64,000 nucleotides of DNA from contig VJWM01000068.1 in NCBI GenBank assembly GCA_010909165.1, forward strand, positions 620,001 through 684,000, given 5' to 3'. Position 1 is the first letter of the stretch, and each line of letters opens with the position of its first letter. The notes beneath the pieces are model-generated. The model ran no database searches. It worked only from the letters and a program-made list of their open reading frames with translations, and was not told the DNA's origin. Both the position numbers and the translations under genes were made by a program. Shown here piece by piece: positions 1-12,637 of the stretch. This DNA is from Anthoceros angustus (lineage: Eukaryota; Plantae; Anthocerotophyta).

Positions 1-121
1 GCAATAATATTACACCAAAAAAAACAAGCACAAGGCAAGGTAGCAAATGTGCAACCAGTAGTTGCAACACCAAGAAAGGGTGTCAAGTCAACAACCAAAG
101 GTGATACGAACACAACAATTT

Positions 122-450
122 CAAGTAGTACATGCTATCTGTGCAATGGCAGAGATAAATGAGATGCACTACATAGATTGAAGTGGCGTTCCTGGAAACC
201 CAAAGAGAAGAATTACAATGAAGAAAAACGCTTTGTCATCCGATGATATGTTTGAAAGTCTGACTACGTACAGACTTAATGAATGCAAGTGGTACATACC
301 ATCTTTGCAATGGCAAAGATAGATGACATGGACTCCGTAGATTGAATTGGCATTCATGGAAGGCCAAACTGAAGAATGACAATGAAAAAAAACTCTTTGT
401 CATCCTATGATATGTTCAACAATCCAACCATGTACAAACTCGATGAAGAC
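122..450. repeat. Degenerate tandem repeat, 2 copies of ~164 bp
   Basis: caagtagtacatgctatctgtgcaatggc...ctttgtcatccgatgatatgtt (from 122) recurs as caagtggtacataccatctttgcaatggc...ctttgtcatcctatgatatgtt (from 286) with many substitutions. Confidence 0.7.
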
Positions 451-474
451 TAAGATAGGGAAAAATGAACCCTA

Positions 475-760
475 AGCTTCCGTCAACAGCAGCGCAAGGC
501 ATAAGTCCACTATGGCATGTCGGGACTGCTTGTAATGCCAATTGGTGGTGGTCAAAGTCTTTGCTATCAGGTAAGGCTTAGATTGACTACTTGCTGTGTT
601 GCATGTAGACAAGGCAGCTGGCCTTAGCTGACTGAAGGTGCATGTCAGCTTTCTGGCATATTATGCCCAGGTAAGACAGAAGTTGTATCGCCTCTGCTGT
701 CCCTCATCTTGGATCAAGTTGTGGAATTGGTCGAGTGGTACGCCATCCCTGCTGCGTTGC
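475..760 (+). pseudogene. RecQ1-like helicase fragment, copy 1 (motif I exon plus part of the next exon)
   Basis: Translates SFRQQQRKA...CRDC..MPIGGGQSLCYQ followed by gtaag, then a degraded LPG..CPG..VVSPLLSLILDQVVELVEWYAIPAA. Matches the RecQ MPTGGGKSLCYQ / VVSPLLSLIQDQ motifs but is frameshifted. Confidence 0.75.
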
Positions 761-1039
761 AAGGTGTTGGACCTTGACACGATTATGTACCAGATATCCA
801 TGGTCATCTTTTTCTGGCTCCCCATATACTGTTATGTACCATATAGGGGACTAGGGACCCCCTGCGATTAGTGAACTCCACCAGGGAATCGGCTACAAGC
901 GATCTAGACGATTTTTATTGCGCGCTGCAGATGAGGGCTCGAACTAAGCGAATAACATGCCTTAGACGTGCATTAGACAAACGGAGAAAAGGCGAACTTG
1001 CAGAAGATTCTTCTACTGTTTATTTTAGTGATTGTTGTT

Positions 1040-2124
1040 GGGTTCGTGATACCATTACGATCCCGGGCTCGAATCTTGTTCTCGGCCGCGAGAATGCTAG
1101 CCCCGGGCCAGATGGTCCTCGGGTTAGTAATAATCCTCGTCCAAACATTTCGACCAAATTAAAATATAATTTCACGTTTGTCCAAACGTGTATAAAGGAG
1201 GCGCGGCTGCAGCGGGTCGTGAACTCGCAGGAAGCCCCATGCAAGTGCAGGGTTTCCGTGCGCCGTTTTAGCTCAGAAGTGGGCGGAATTTGACCTCCCG
1301 CTTCCCTTCCTTCCCTGTTGGCGCCATCCAAAAGCAGGCCGCTGGTGTTGGATGACCTAATTTGAACCTGACTTGGGCGTGACATGGCGAGGCCAATGCC
1401 ACAGGTGTTGGAAAACGCACTTTGAACGCGACCAAAGCAGCAGGAGGCCATGGCTGCAGGTGACGAGAGAAGGAGGCGGCAGGTGCTGAGTAGGGCGTCC
1501 TTCAGCCGCGTAACGTTGAACGCCATCGTTACTGCGCAGGATTTGGAGGACGGATTCGGCTGGATCGGGGCGGGTGAAGCTGTTGTGTGACCATGAGGGC
1601 ACCCTCCCGATCCAGCAGAATTCATCCTGGATTGAGACCTTGGTCGTTCAGACCGATGCTGCTGAAGTAGGCCCTATCCAGTACCTGCCGCCTTGTTCGA
1701 TTTTTGAGAAGTCTGAAAGACGAGGTGTAGCCTAACAAGGGCTAATGTTGGAGCCTGGGGATTCTCTGCTTTGCGAGGGGCGCCATCGCCACTCACAGAG
1801 GTCTGCAAGTGGACTGGGCAGCCTTTGCCCTCGAGGCCCAGTTCTGGGGCAGAAGGGCCATGCCCAGAGGAAGAGCCGATCCTGTGAGGCCGGATGCGGC
1901 CAGGCAAGGAGAAGGAGAGGTCGCCCGGAACGCTCCGGATCCCGATGTGGCGCGGGAGGGTACTGGTAGTGAGAATCATGCAGTGGAGGTGGAGGCGAGG
2001 CTAGGCCTAGGGGAGCCTCGGGAACAAGAGAGCCGGCCTCAGGGCATTCTTGTCCGTACGGACCAGGAGGAAGCGCATGCGGGGGAACATGAGATCCGGC
2101 CTCGGGGCATACTTGCCTCTGCAG
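1040..2124. repeat. ~1.1-kb block duplicated at 5519-6648
   Basis: Near-identical sequence and ORF translations in both copies (e.g. MNSAGSGGCPHGHTTASPAP..., MLEPGDSLLCEGRHR...). No intact recognisable gene. Confidence 0.9.
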
Positions 2125-2174
2125 TCGCGGAGGAAGAGCGCGCGGACGAGCCCGGGTGTGCATCTCGCTCCCAG

Positions 2175-2490
2175 ATTAACATGGGATTGAGCAACGAGCC
2201 TTCGAGCCTCTAAACAACGCTCATCCAAAATTGTTTTAGGGCTAACCGGATGCTTACGCAAGTGCATAGAGAGGGTATGGAGGAGGGAACTGGCCTAGAT
2301 ATGAACTCACAGGCTGCTCCTGATATGGAAGAGAGGGATCGTGAGCTTGGCCAGTGATGGAGGAGAGGACGGAAGGTGGACCGAGCCCACAGGTGGACTT
2401 GGAATGACGAAATTCAGGTGGATGTCGAACTTGGCCAGGGATCCGCTTGCTTGGCCCTGGCACAGTCAAGCGACCCCTGTTCTTAAGCTC
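2175..2490 (+). mobile_element. Probable Ty3/gypsy pol (RT-RNaseH linker) remnants
   Basis: Short degraded peptides resembling LGLTG(Y)YRK (ttagggctaaccggatgcttacgcaag), W...Q.AFE.L and TPVLKL. Rearranged and interrupted. Confidence 0.35.
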
Positions 2491-3221
2491 AGGACTCTCT
2501 GTCTAGCCACTTACTCCGAACACATGCTCTCCTTCCTTGCTTGCCTCGTTGGCATCAGCTGGCAAACTACACCCTCACCCGGCCTTCACTCCCGGTGCTA
2601 TCACAAAACATATGGAGACAATCAACAATGGGAGCAAGATAACTACTACATTTGCCCTATGTCTTGGGGCAAAAGGTTTGGGTAGAAGCAAATTAGCAGG
2701 CAACAAGTGATCCACATGAATAGTCGGTTATCAAACTATGCTACCTCAGCTTGGAGCCTAAGGCTTGTCCTTGGATCTGTGTATGAAGTTGCTTTCCCTG
2801 GTGCTAAGTGGCCACACTTGCACATACCTGGAGAGGGCACATCCCTGAATTCCATGTCTTCGATGCTGGTCCTGCTGAGGGGGGAGGGTGCCAATCGGAA
2901 TGTGGAGATGTTGTGCACGGAGTGCAGGGCCCCTAGGCCGAGCTGGAGACTCCGATTCCGGACATGAGGACGACGTTAGGATTTTTCACAATCCGAATCA
3001 GATGTCACGGAATCTGTTGTCACGGAATGCTCTGGCTGCTGCCTCGGTTGCAAGAGGTGCCCACAGCAGGAGTCTAGAGGGAATTGTCTTCTTTCGGAGG
3101 CTGTGTTAGAAAACTGTGTAACGGCCGCTGCCAGGTTTCCGCTGGTTACGGCACTCCCAGAGTCTTATTTGATGTGTTGCATGAGGACGAGGCGGCTGGC
3201 CTTAGCTGACTGATGGTGCAT

Positions 3222-3748
3222 GTCAGCTTCCTGGCATATGATGCCCAGGTGTGACAGTTGTTGTATCGCCTATGCCGTCCCTCATCCAGGATCAAGTCCT
3301 GGAAATGGTCGAGTGGTACGCCATCCCTGCTGCGTTTCCAACAAACGTCCTCCAGGCCATGTCTGTGCTGAATGAACTGAGGTGAGCTTTCTTTCAAGAT
3401 CGTGACTTCTGACTGATTGGAAGCTAACAACACAATGGGAGTTTATCTTTTGTGGATCCTGTTTGCTTAGCAGGAAACAGCGGCCGCCATGTAAGCTAGT
3501 ATATATATGTAACCCCTGAGAAAATTGTAGGGAGCGCAAGCTTCCAAGATGTCCTAAAACGTCTGGGTCGAAAGGTGCGGGTAATCTCTTTAAACTTTGC
3601 TTTGCCTTGTTTTGGAGCACTTGAGACCTACGACAGGCATGACTCTTGCCTCTTTCTGGTTTGGGTGGTCCAGCACTTCGATGCAACATTGGGTGCATGG
3701 TTCAGAGACAATTGGTTGAATTTGTGATTGACGAGGCACATTGTGAGG
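3222..3748 (+). pseudogene. RecQ1-like helicase fragment, copy 2 (motif Ia to DEAH exons)
   Basis: Exon-like pieces LPGI*CPGVTVVVSPMPSLIQDQVLEMVEWYAIPAAF..QAMSVLNELR | RKQRPPCKL.YVTPEKIVGSASFQDVLKRLGRK | QLVEFVIDEAHC, separated by intron-like gaps, with stops and frameshifts. Confidence 0.85.
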
Positions 3749-3959
3749 TACAGTTGATGGAAGCTCCAGTCCTGACTGCTTGTGAAGGTAATGGTTTATT
3801 GTACAGCAAACACACGAGAAAATAAGATTTCTTTGGGCCACCCTTACACACGATCTGGCCGAGCTAGGCGACCCCGACCCTCCACTGCCGCGCGGGGCCT
3901 GATCCTGGATCCCACCCCCAAGACGGAAGGAAGCGGTGGGCGTTTCTTCCGGCGATGAG

Positions 3960-4490
3960 GGCGTTTTATTTAGCTTGCCCTTCAAGCTTGAATATGGGAA
4001 TATGGGAGGTCGGGGTAACCAACCATTCGATCTTCTCCCTTGTGCGCAGGCGACACCACTCCAGGAGCACAGACTGAGCTTGCTTGAGGGTCCGTGACGC
4101 TTTGAAGGCTTTGAAGTTCTTCAAACATGCTAGGAAACGCACTGCCAGGGCCCAGCAAAGAGCAGAGTTGAAGCTTTCATCCTGCCCTTGATGCACAGCC
4201 CAGCTCCTTAACAGATCCTGGCAAAGAGCATTCCAAAGACAAGAAACATAGCGTGCCGCGAGGTTCCCCTAGCTTTCTGCTTGCAGCATCCAGGAGGACG
4301 CGCGAAGTGCATCATTAAATAAGTGCATAGTGATTTCGGAAGCCACGTCATATTTCTTGTAGGGTTGTCGAAAGAAATGAGTATAACAGCCCAAAGATAC
4401 AGAAAATCTTCTTTATAACAAGTGAAATAATCAGAGTATAGATTCGTGTAGGCTCTCGGAACAATCCATGTTGCCGGATAAATATGGCTC
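3960..4490 (-). mobile_element. Degenerate L1-type LINE ORF2 3' part (zf-RVT-like)
   Basis: Minus strand reads ...KEDFLYLWAVIL... and SEITMHLFNDALRASSW, resembling the zf-RVT patterns 'K...FLW..L' and 'E...HLF..C..A..W'. Heavily decayed. Confidence 0.35.
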
Positions 4491-4569
4491 ACTATGGCTC
4501 ACTTTTAACACTGAATATAAAATAGGACCCTTCAGAAAGTTCAAAGGATATAGAAGGAGAATTAGAAGG

Positions 4570-5275
4570 ACCCAAAGCTATGGGATATTCTACTTCTAAG
4601 GGTTATCCACACATGCATAAATTTTCCATAAAATATACTCTACTAAACCTTGCAGCATTAGGAATGGGTCCACAAAGACTATTACTTGATACATCTAGAT
4701 ACTCTAAGTTAGTACGTACTAAAGTTATTACAGGATTATCTTGTAAGATTATTATGAGAGAGATCTATTTGGCTTAAATTTAACTATTTGAGACTATCAT
4801 TCTACTTGAATCTATCACTTGATAGGTTCAAAATACTCAATCCAGATAGGTTAAATACCTCCTCAGGTGTACTGCCTTGTAAATTATTACTAGACAAATC
4901 TAATACTGTGAAAGAAAATAAAATGGTTTGAATAGCTTGTCTCACACCGGTAGATGAGACATAGAAAATTGCAAGATTAGGGTCAAAGCTTCGAACAAGG
5001 TAGGCATTGAGATCTGAAGAAGGATAAGGGTGCTGCCAACGATTCATTTGCCATATATTAGGAGGGATGGTACATTTCAACATATTCCTGGCCAATACCA
5101 ATATGAATATCCAACTGAACTGAATCGCAATCGAAGAAGGAATAATCCCATAAAACCTATTTAATGTAAAAAAAATGATTTGCAAAGTTCAGGCAAAGAG
5201 AACATCTAGTGGTTGAGATACATTGCCACTCCAAAAGATTATTTTGCATATCCAAAATTGCCAAGGATGAACAAT
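4570..5275 (-). pseudogene. LRR receptor-like protein remnant
   Basis: Extracellular plant LRR motifs across several frames: LAILDMQNN, FTVLDLSSNNLQGSTPEEVFNLSGLSILNLSS, IDLSHNNLT, LEYLDVSSNSLCGPIP, and a C-cap-like FMENLCMCG*PL. Contains stops and frameshifts. Confidence 0.75.
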
Positions 5276-5439
5276 TTATGAAAGACTTATGAAGCAAAAA
5301 TTGCTTTCACTCCGAAAGTTGAGGACAAGGCTAGAGGTTCGGAACATGCTTTACATACCTATTCGGAGAAATTACTTTTGGGTCACAAACCAGGTCCCTT
5401 TAATTCATATATATATATATATGAACTAAAGGAACTTCT

Positions 5440-5515
5440 TTTTATGTTATATTATCTCTGTCCCATGATAGTGTTTCCATCCTTAGTGGACATAAATAAA
5501 ATTGTTGTTGTTGTT
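5440..5515 (+). mobile_element. Non-LTR retroelement 3' end with (TTG)n tail
   Basis: ttccatccttagtggacataaataaaattgttgttgttgtt matches the tail at 56253-56297 (ttccatcctaagcggacatatataaagttgttgttg...). Confidence 0.5.
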
Positions 5516-5518
5516 AAA

Positions 5519-6648
5519 GGGTTGCGTGATACCGTTATGATTCCAGACTCGAATCTTGTTCTCGGCTGCGAGAACGCGAGCCCTGGGCCAGATGGTCCTC
5601 GGGTTTGTAATTATCCTCTTCCAAACATTTCGACCAAATTAATTTCGATAAGAGTAAAATCACTATTTCTCGTTTATCCAAACGTGTGCATATGTAGCCC
5701 TCAACGGTATAAAGAAGGCGCGGCTGCAGCGGGTCGTGAACTCGCAGGAAGCCCCGTGCACGTGCAGGGTTTCCGTACGCCGGGACCGTTTTAGCTCAGA
5801 AGTGGGCGGAATTTGACCTCCCGCTTCCCTTCCTTCCCTGTTGGCGCCATCCAAAAGCAGGCCGCTGGTGTTGAATGACCTAATTTGAACCTGACTTGGG
5901 CGTGACATGGCGCGACCAAGGCCACAGGTGTTGGAAAACGTACTTTGAACGCGACCAAAGCAGGAGGAGGCCATGGCTGCAGGTGGCGAGAGAAGGAGGC
6001 GGCAAGTGCTGAATAGGGCGTCCTTCAGTCGCGTAACGCTGAATGGCATCGTTACTGCGCAGGATTTGGAGGACGGATTCGGCTGGATCGGGGCGGGTGA
6101 AGCTGTTGTGTGACCATGAGGGCACCCTCCCGATCCAGCAGAATTCATCCTGGATTGAGACCTTGGTCGTTCAGACCGATGCTGCTGAAGTAGGCCCTAT
6201 CCAGTACCTGCCGCCTTGTTCGATTTTTGAGAAGTCTGAAAGACGAGGTGTAGCCTAACAAGGGCTAATGTTGGAGCCTGGGGATTCTCTGCTTTGCGAG
6301 GGACGCCATCGCCACTCACAGAGGTCTGCAAGTGGACTGGGCAGCCTTTGCCCTCGAGGCCCTGTTCTGGGGCAGAAGGGCCATGCCCAGAGGAAGAGCC
6401 GACCCTGTGAGGCCGGATGCTGCCAGGCAAGGAGAAGGAGAGGTCGCCCGGAACGCTCCGGATCCCGATGTGGCGCGGGAGGGTACTGGTAGGGAGAATC
6501 GCGCAGTGGAGGTGGAGGCGAGGCTAGGCCTAGGGGAGCCTCGGGAACAAGAGAGCCGGCCTCAGGGCATTCTTGTCCGTACGGACCAGGAGGAAGCGCA
6601 TGCGGGGGAACAGGAGATACGGCCTCACGATCATACTTGCCTGTGCAG
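5519..6648. repeat. Second copy of the 1040-2124 block; followed (to ~6828) by a copy of ~2981-3167
   Basis: Direct sequence identity with scattered substitutions and small indels. Confidence 0.9.
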
Positions 6649-6904
6649 ATTTTTCACGATTCGGATTTTTCCCAATCCGAATCTGTTGTCCCGGAATGCT
6701 CCGGCTGCTGCCTCAGTTGCAAGAGGTGCCACAGCAGGAGTCTAGAGGGAATTGTCTTCCTTTGGAGGCTGTGTTCGAAAACCCGAGCCACTCCCAGGTT
6801 TCCGCTGGGCACAGCACTCCCAGAGTCATATGCTTACCATCTTGGCGGAGCACCCAGGAATCAACTCCTACTTCGTTCCAGTGGTCCACAGACTAGACTC
6901 CCTC

Positions 6905-7345
6905 AGGGGGACACTCTGAAAGAGCTTCAGTGATTAGAAGGTCTCAGCGTAGCTAAACTAGCTGTGTTTGGGCACAAAAGCTTTCGTCAACTGTAGCGCA
7001 AGGCATGAAACTATGGCTGTTGCTGTGTTTGGGCACAAATGCTTTGGTCAACAGTAGCGCAAGGCATGTAACTATGGCTGGCCTGGATGGCCTCGTCTTC
7101 ATGCCAACTGGTGGTGGTCATGACCAGGTCTTTGCCATCCGGTGAGGGTCAAATTGACTACTTGCTGCTACATACAGACAAGGCCGCTGGGCTTGGCTGA
7201 CTGACAAAGCATGTCAGCTTCTTGCCATATTATGCCCAGGTGTAGATCAAGACCTGGAATTGGTCGAGTGGTACGCCATCCCTGCTGCTTTTCTAAGTTC
7301 CCAACAAGCGTCCTCCATGCCCTGTCTGTGCTGAATGAGCTGAGG
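6905..7345 (+). pseudogene. RecQ1-like helicase fragment, copy 3, with an internal 61-bp tandem duplication
   Basis: TLKELQ*LEGLSVAKLAVFGHKSFRQL*RKA ... LDGLVFMPTGGG, then a degraded ...LVEWYAIPAAF..SVLNELR|gtgag. Resembles plant RecQ1 'EELQALDDLEFANLVIFGNKVFRPLQ'. Confidence 0.85.
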
Positions 7346-7508
7346 TGAGTACATCTAGTCCTCATAACTGCACACAGCTCTGGCCCTGATGATCTAGGTC
7401 ACATGCCGCCGGCGGTGGCCATCGGGAGAGCCTTATCGGACAAAAAAGATAGACAACCAACGATTGCCTCTAGTTGGAAGTTTGTGGCTGTTGGCAACTT
7501 TAAGAAGA

Positions 7509-9675
7509 TTAACCGTGGGCGACGCCGACTTCCGGAATGGACCCGATCGTCTGAGAGGCTAGGACTGGTGGTATTTTAAAATCTGCCTCAATTTCGCCGT
7601 CATTGCACCATCTGTAGACAATGTAAAGCTGTTCCCGCAAATTCTCAACCTGGCAAGTAGAGAAGACTATTAAAGCACAACAGAAAGGCCGGGCAGAAAT
7701 TGCAGGCCAGGGTGAAAGCAATCCGGTTTTACCTCCACTTTCAACCTCGTTGGGAGACTGACTGTCGAGACAGCATCAGCCAGTTCTTTTTGCACCGTCG
7801 CATTCTGTATCTGCCTCCATGTACTCGTGGGAAGTGCAAACACCAGCATTGTTAGCAGATCCGCAGCAGCGGGATGCAAACAAACACAAGTTTTTCCAGG
7901 TTGAAGCTGCTGTTTCCCTGGTGGAACTGTGGGAACAAATATGTCCACAATGTCCTGAGTTCCATCAGGCAATGAGACATTCCCAACAACCACAGTTGCT
8001 TCTGTACTGTCACTAATGCGAGTTGTCACAGAAGCCCCCTTGCAACCCCTTGCTGATAAACCCAGCATTCCAGAAAGTGCAGCTGCACCCTGGCAACAAG
8101 CATTTTTCACGGCTTCAGGCAGGTCTTCCCCTGCAAGAGATGGCAACGGACAGGGTGCAGGGCAGCTACTGCAAAGACCACTTGCCCAGTCCCAAACCAT
8201 CTTATACAGAGTAGTCACTCGAAGCTGTGACAACACCTCAGCCTGGAAACCACCGAGGGCGAGTGTTTAGTCATACAGGCCTTGAAATGAGCTAGCAGGC
8301 GGCGAAGGAAGTAACGGTTGCCGGGGGAAAACTGACTTTTGCATGAAGAGCACCAGCAGCTTCACTTCCAATTTCTCCTGGTACGGTATCTGCACGTTTC
8401 ACTTCAGCTACCCACTTCAAGAAACACGAAACATCTCCAGGCATCAAGCCCAAGGCAACCGATAGGACTTCTCCTTTGATTCTCCAATCTCCGCAGCTCA
8501 ACAGCTGGGGTACTTCCTCGATCAGGTGGTTTGCTATGGGCCTCCAGCGTTCATCCTTGCAGGACTGCAGAAAACATCAGCTTTCGTGACCCTCAAATTC
8601 AGCTAGTCTTGCTTATGAGCATGCATTGGTGAGCTTACTCCTACCAGAGTGAAAAGAACCGATGCAGGTCGTTCAGGCTTGGATGCTAGTAAGAACCTGC
8701 CATACAAGAGACAAAATACACTTGGCCATGAATTCCGAATCAAAACCTAGCAACGGTGTGCATCCACTGCTCAAAAACCCATTCAGTGCTTACCCTCGAC
8801 AATTCCCTGTTGCAGGGTCAATAGTGTTGACAGCATCCCAGAGAATGGTTAAGGGGACCCAATGAGGGGGATACTTGAACCTTGCCACGTCCAATATGAG
8901 TGCCAAGTCCCTCTCTTGGTTGTAGCCGCCCAAAGGTGAGAAATGACCACTACCCGTCTGCCTACAAAATGCATGCCAACAACAATATTATTTCTAACAC
9001 ACGCTGAAAGGAAAATCAATTTAGCCCAAATCCAGTGACACAGAGCAACCAGTTCACCTGCCCGAGAATCATCCTGTCATACGATACGATCATATGGCGA
9101 TCCCCTCCAGTACTGCATTCGAGTACATGCTGCCGGAACTCCTCCAACGAGCTGGTGCTGGCACGAATGCCTTGCACCTTGGCTCCAGCACATTGTCCAG
9201 CGCACGCCACTTTGGCGAAAGTAATACCCTCTTCCTTCACCTTCTCCAACGATTCACAACATTCCAGCATGGACTCATCGAACCAACGCCAGGGCCCTTT
9301 GGAGAGAACAAAGTCAGCCGAGAAACGAGATCCAGGCTAGCTTCAAAGGAACGAGGAGGAGCGAATTACCTTTCCACGTCCGACCGGGGTCGATTGCCAA
9401 GGCATTCAGAATAACAGCCAGTGAGGCCAGCCCACAAAAGGCTGGTTCAGCCTGAGTCTGGAAGTGAGCTATGAGGTGAAAAAATCCTTCCATCGTTCCA
9501 TGCTCCAGGGCTTCTCGAAATATGGCCTGCATATCACATCGTGAGCGCAACCAGACCAAATCACACGCATCATGACACCGGAGCCTTTGATTCACAGCAC
9601 CTTGCCCTCAGCAGAAGCGAATTCGATGGCAGGAGGAGAAGGCAGCCGACGCCGGTAAAGGCCCGCGACCGCCAT
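7509..9675 (-). CDS. PCS: Phytochelatin synthase (glutathione gamma-glutamylcysteinyltransferase), ~8 exons
   Basis: Exon 1 [25 protein letters not shown] (ATG 9675); [12 protein letters not shown] (catalytic Cys); GHFSPLGGY...[17 protein letters not shown] (catalytic His and Asp); Cys-rich C-domain; GT-AG introns; stop at 7509. Confidence 0.96.
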
Positions 9676-9854
9676 CGGTCGCCCCTAGGCTGGTCGCTTG
9701 GGACTCACAAAAGTGTTTTGTATTTCACAGTTCGCCTTCGTGTTCTGAGTAACGATGGTTTTTATAGACCTCTCATCTCCGATATCTCTCGCAAGTTGCT
9801 GTGGCTAACGGAAATTCACGAGGAATTTGGCTCCATTTTACATCGAGCGCTGGC

Positions 9855-11477
9855 ATGGCAAGCAGGCAGGTTGAGATGCGTGTAGGAAATTCCGTCAGCA
9901 GGTTGATGTTCGTCTCGGTGCTGCTGCTTCTCCAGATGCATCAGCACTTTCAGATGGCGGCATGTTCTCCCTACGCTGTTTCAGACAAGTGCGCGGCCTG
10001 CCAAGCCGTTGCGGTAATACTGAACCCTTGGTCGATCAGCTTTGAGTGCGCATATGCATTTTCACCTGTTGCAGCTCCGCTTACACTTTGTGGCCTCTTT
10101 TCTGAATATGTTGCAGGCTGAACTAGAAGGGAAACTGGCCAACGTGAGTGCGCCACTGAACAATTTTCATGTCCAAAATTTGACATTGCAGTTATGTGAA
10201 TCCAACTGAATGATTTGAGGTGTCGGTATGTAGTGTAGCTAACGATGAGATCTGATGTGTAGGAAAGGCCAAGAAACCACATAGACATGAGATTTCGTCT
10301 TGGTCCTAAGGGGAAGCGTGAAGGGAAAGTGATTGAGTATATGTAGGTACCCCTTGTTTCTGGCCCTTTGTTTGAATTGGTTATGCCGCCTGGGATGGAA
10401 ATGTGCTAGGTGCTTCAGGTGTCCCCTAAAGCGGCTCAGCTCTGCATCTGGCTGGCTGCAGATTCAGTGAGCTGAGGACTATTGAGCTACTAGATGGGCT
10501 ATGCGAAGGCATGAAGAAGTACACCTTGCAGACAGTAAGCCATGCTGACCAGGCGTGTTGTGTTGGGTTCAAGTTTGGTCAACTCATGGAATTAGCTGTC
10601 ATCGACAACCGTCCTGTGACTTGGAAAGCGAATGAAAGAGTCTTTCACATATGGTTCGGTAGAAAATGACATGCCTATGGTTGGACTATGGGTGAACACT
10701 GTCCCCAGTTCCAGCTACTTCGGGGCTGGATACAATGTGGCTACTTGCTAATGGTTGGTAATCACGCATGTGTATGCAAACTAATTGCAGACATCAGGAA
10801 CTGAGAAATGGGTGAAAAAAGAAGGTGTAGAAGGTCTCCCTGATTTTGGTAATTAACTTTGAAGCTCAACCATGCCACGTCTGAGAACAATTGCCGTGTG
10901 TCCCTGATCATTACAGTTCTTATCCCAGTTCTCAATTTATGCTTGGCATGTGCAGATAGACAAGCAGCTGAAGCTCATTCCAAGGCGATCTTGAATTTCT
11001 GTGGCAGGTACAGTCCCTGTCTGGTGTTTTTTTTGTCTTATTGGTGTGCCTTGCAACTGGCATGTGTTTGGATTACTTAATATGGTACTGCTTTGAATGT
11101 TTACAGGTTGGTAGAGACCACAGATGACGAGGTACTGTTCGTGCAGAGCTGGCCATATGTACTTCCTATTTCATGTTTTACTGTGACACAGAGGCCTCTC
11201 CTTCTCACCTCCTTGTGAATCTTTGTTCCACGTGCAGCTGACTAAGAGACTGATGGAAGGGGAAGTCACAATAGGCCAAGTGGAGAAAATCTTATGCTCA
11301 ATTCTTACAAAACACTGCACAACTTTAAGGTCTGTTGTGCAAAACCAGAGGAGTTTTCTGTTGAATATGACAGTGTGATGTGCTTTCCCCTCGCATGTGT
11401 CTGCAAATCTTTGATTACTGTTTGCCTTCGTGTGCCACAGTTCTGTCGATGAAGACTGGGACAAGGATGAGCTGTAG
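9855..11477 (+). CDS. Canopy/Seele-like (DUF3456, saposin-like) ER protein, multi-exon
   Basis: Signal-peptide-like LMFVSVLLLL, then DKCAACQAVA|AELEGKLAN|ERPRNHIDMRFRLGPKGKREGKVIEY|FSELRTIELLDGLC...NFCGR...ILCSILTKHC; ends DEDWDKDEL*. Start is ATG 9855 or 9876. Confidence 0.9.
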
Positions 11478-12637
11478 CACTCAAAGCAGATACGTTTGAA
11501 CACAATTTTGCTCTGTCGGCAGGGCATTCATTGAGGCTGGAAAACGTGTTCTCATTTGGAAGGTTGAAACACTTCTGGCTGTTGTCCTAGCTTTAGGCGG
11601 GACTTGAGACTTCCTCACTTGGAAGGTTGATGACACACACTTCTGCCTGTCGTCGTAGCTTTAGACGGGATTAGGAACCTTTCTAGAGTTGTTTTGAACG
11701 TAAATTATTCATTGATTTCAATTTTGGGCTCGTAGAGCACAAAGCTCAGCTTTGTGACCACGATGCTCTGAGACCCTCCCACCATTGCTTTGCGCTCCTC
11801 GCTTCAGAGATAAAGGCAGCAGCTCCATCCCTTATTCTAATCATCTATGGAAAATCCGAAACGTGAAAGCTGTGTTTAATGAGTCGCCAAAAGACAGTCT
11901 TCTGCAGAGTCTGGAGAGTCCTATATTACATCCGGTCGACGCCGCAGCAGGATACTAGATGTGCTGAAGTCGAGCATATACCGGGTGAGGAGCTGCGGAA
12001 GCAAGTACCGAAGATGCAGGCAAGACGATGAAAGAAAAAACCGATGGAGCACACAAGCCAAGCTCCACTCCCTCCTTGTGATCCCTTCATGCTGCCCAAT
12101 CAAGACCCCAGCAGTAAAGCTTGCGACCTACACCGTAAGCCGTTGCTTCTGTGCTTGTGTGGCATACAAGACGCATTCAAAACAGACGATGTACTTCCTC
12201 CAACTGCATAAAAGGGAATGTTCACCAAAGGCCGGTGGCATGCTGTGCGTGCTGCACTGTGATCCACCAGTGCCGTGATGCCTTGTGATCCTTATCCCCG
12301 CTCCGTTCGACCCACTGGACTCTGTTCCCCGTAGGTAACGTCTACAAGCTGTACTATCCAAATTCTACCACTAGGCTTTCCCGGTGAATCAAAAACATTT
12401 TGCATTTTTCTTTATGCCCATCTTTTGTTCTTGTGATAGCTTGTCTTCTAGGCAATGACTTACATCAGTACCCAGTTCTTGCTAGATAGTGCAGCACGTG
12501 TAGTTATTATATTTTATATTACAGAAAAAAAATTCTTTATTATTCCTTATTTATTTATAATATTTTTATTACATATAAATAATGATCTACTTATGCATAA
12601 GCTCACATGCAAAGTTAACCAGAACATGTTAAAAATA

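Noticed and set aside
1357-1740. In-frame TGA stops as U-to-C editing targets
   Set aside because: That editing is organellar. In nuclear repeat DNA, CGA>TGA decay or non-coding sequence is the simpler explanation.
11830-12420. Small ORFs or a possible miRNA/snoRNA between the CNPY and MORN genes
   Set aside because: No recognisable motif, hairpin or conserved miRNA sequence. Probably 3' UTR.
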